The notes under the pieces are model-generated. The model saw only the letters and a list, made by a program, of their open reading frames with translations. It ran no database searches and was not told the origin of the DNA. Positions 62,893-64,000 of a DNA stretch of 64,000 bases are shown piece after piece (positions within the stretch are counted from its first letter, which is position 1; every line of letters starts with the position of its first letter). This DNA is from Nitrosopumilus sp. (GTDB taxonomy: Archaea; Thermoproteota; Nitrososphaeria; Nitrososphaerales; Nitrosopumilaceae), in contig CBDBLX010000002.1 in assembly GCA_965207445.1 (NCBI GenBank), positions 480,001 to 544,000 on the forward strand, in the 5' to 3' direction. The position numbers and the translations under genes are program-made.

Positions 62893-63088
62893 TGCACCAG
62901 AAGTTAGACGATGAATCTGTGCCTAAATTTGAGAAGGGATTGAACGGTTCCGCGGCAAAGTATACCACTAACAAGGGTATACTGCCGGAGATCCTGCTAA
63001 GGGATATGCGCGACGCATTCACGCGCTCCGAGGACCTGTTGGATCTGGAGATGTTTGATGATGCCACCGCCGATCCAACGCTTGACCT

Positions 63089-63195
63089 CCAGAACAACCT
63101 AACTGACTTGGTCAGTGAAGCGACTAATACGGGTGGTCTGCGTCTTATGACAGGGCGAGCCAGAACAACCTAACTGACTTGGTCAGTGAAGCGAC
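63089..63195. repeat. 36-bp perfect direct repeat (63089-63124 and 63160-63195) around a 35-bp spacer
   Basis: ccagaacaacctaactgacttggtcagtgaagcgac occurs twice. Confidence 0.9.
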
Positions 63196-63314
63196 GCCAG
63201 AGCAGCTCGGCTCTATACTAGAGATCCTTCAGAAACTAGGGATCGGCAACACACAGAGACGCACAGGCTGCGTACCGTTTTACATCATGACCTAGACCGG
63301 TACTTGGTAGCGGG

Positions 63315-63424
63315 TACTGATATGATTAAAGATCCGATATTTTGATTGATACTCATCTCGAAGTTGAGCACATATTATGAATACAAAATATTAGAAAACT
63401 ATCGGATCTTTAATGAAATTATTA
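63315..63424. repeat. 110-bp direct repeat, copy 2 (inverted ends 63325-63339 and 63400-63414)
   Basis: Near-identical to 62783-62892. Confidence 0.85.
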
Positions 63425-63785
63425 CGGGCTTTCGGTTTGTTACCATTCTGTCTGAGGATGTGGTGATGGTCGAGGGGACATGCGCACGCAGCAACAACTG
63501 CTGTAATGATGACGTTGGTGGCGATGCCAAAACGCAACGCGGTCCGAACCCTGTAGATGGTGGACCGGAAGGTATCCAAGTCCACAGTGGGTTCAGAACC
63601 TTCAACACTAGACGACAAAGTGAATCGGGGCGCTTACTATTCCTCCTTTTTCAACTCAAAGTCACCCCTGGGCGTCAATGATAATTAGGTGCACAAAACC
63701 TCTGACGTTAAGAGGGAAAATACAAAACCCTGAATGTTGTGAATGCATATCTTCATTAGTAGAACTTCATCATTGGGTTGGGACA

Positions 63786-64000
63786 TCAGTAGTCGTGTTC
63801 GTCCCAGTCAGATCCCAGTGCTATTCTAACCGCAACGGTCCCATCACTCATTTCAAACGATATTTCTTGATCCGGAACAAATTCTGCAAACAACTGCTTC
63901 AACATGGTTGCCACAAACAGTGACCATGGTACTCCCATTTTATGTCTGACAGTAAAGCAATGCACGCCATGTTCGATTGTGTGGTCTGACGCCATTCCGA
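63786..64000 (-). CDS. 3' end of a hypothetical protein entering from the window edge
   Basis: Frame is open to the window end; HCFTVRHKMGVPWSLFVATMLKQLF looks protein-like. Confidence 0.55.
   Translation of the reverse strand, partial: GMASDHTIEHGVHCFTVRHKMGVPWSLFVATMLKQLFAEFVPDQEISFEMSDGTVAVRIALGSDWDEHDY

Overview
Archaeal chromosome segment from an ammonia-oxidising archaeon (Nitrososphaerota, Nitrosopumilaceae-like). The assignment rests on the adjacent ADP-forming 4-hydroxybutyrate-CoA ligase and 4-hydroxybutyryl-CoA dehydratase genes (3HP/4HB carbon fixation), rpl37e, an Sm/Lsm gene and archaeal-type tRNAs. TPR proteins, Liv-type binding proteins and many decayed IS elements suggest a host-associated (e.g. 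sponge) lineage; this is inference. About 1-44 kb is mostly AT-rich core genome. It holds three tRNAs and a Liv-type ABC transporter operon between two tRNA-Leu genes, whose binding protein is a 1612-aa concatemer of four near-identical domains joined by (DDGMMM)n linkers. From about 38 kb, and more clearly from about 44.5 kb where base composition becomes mosaic, there is a defence/mobile island. It carries an SNF2 helicase with a degenerate DUF3883-like domain, a SWIM protein, an ArdC-like protein, an HNH nuclease, an AAA ATPase-wHTH gene followed by a 1.4-kb two-level repeat array, ISH3/IS5/IS66 remnants and MITE-like elements, a VapBC pair and a type III restriction-modification system. 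The most unusual signals are the composite repeat array, the four-domain binding protein, and three isolated units of a 36-40 bp direct repeat around a 32-35 bp spacer. All calls were made by eye from motifs; no database searches were run.
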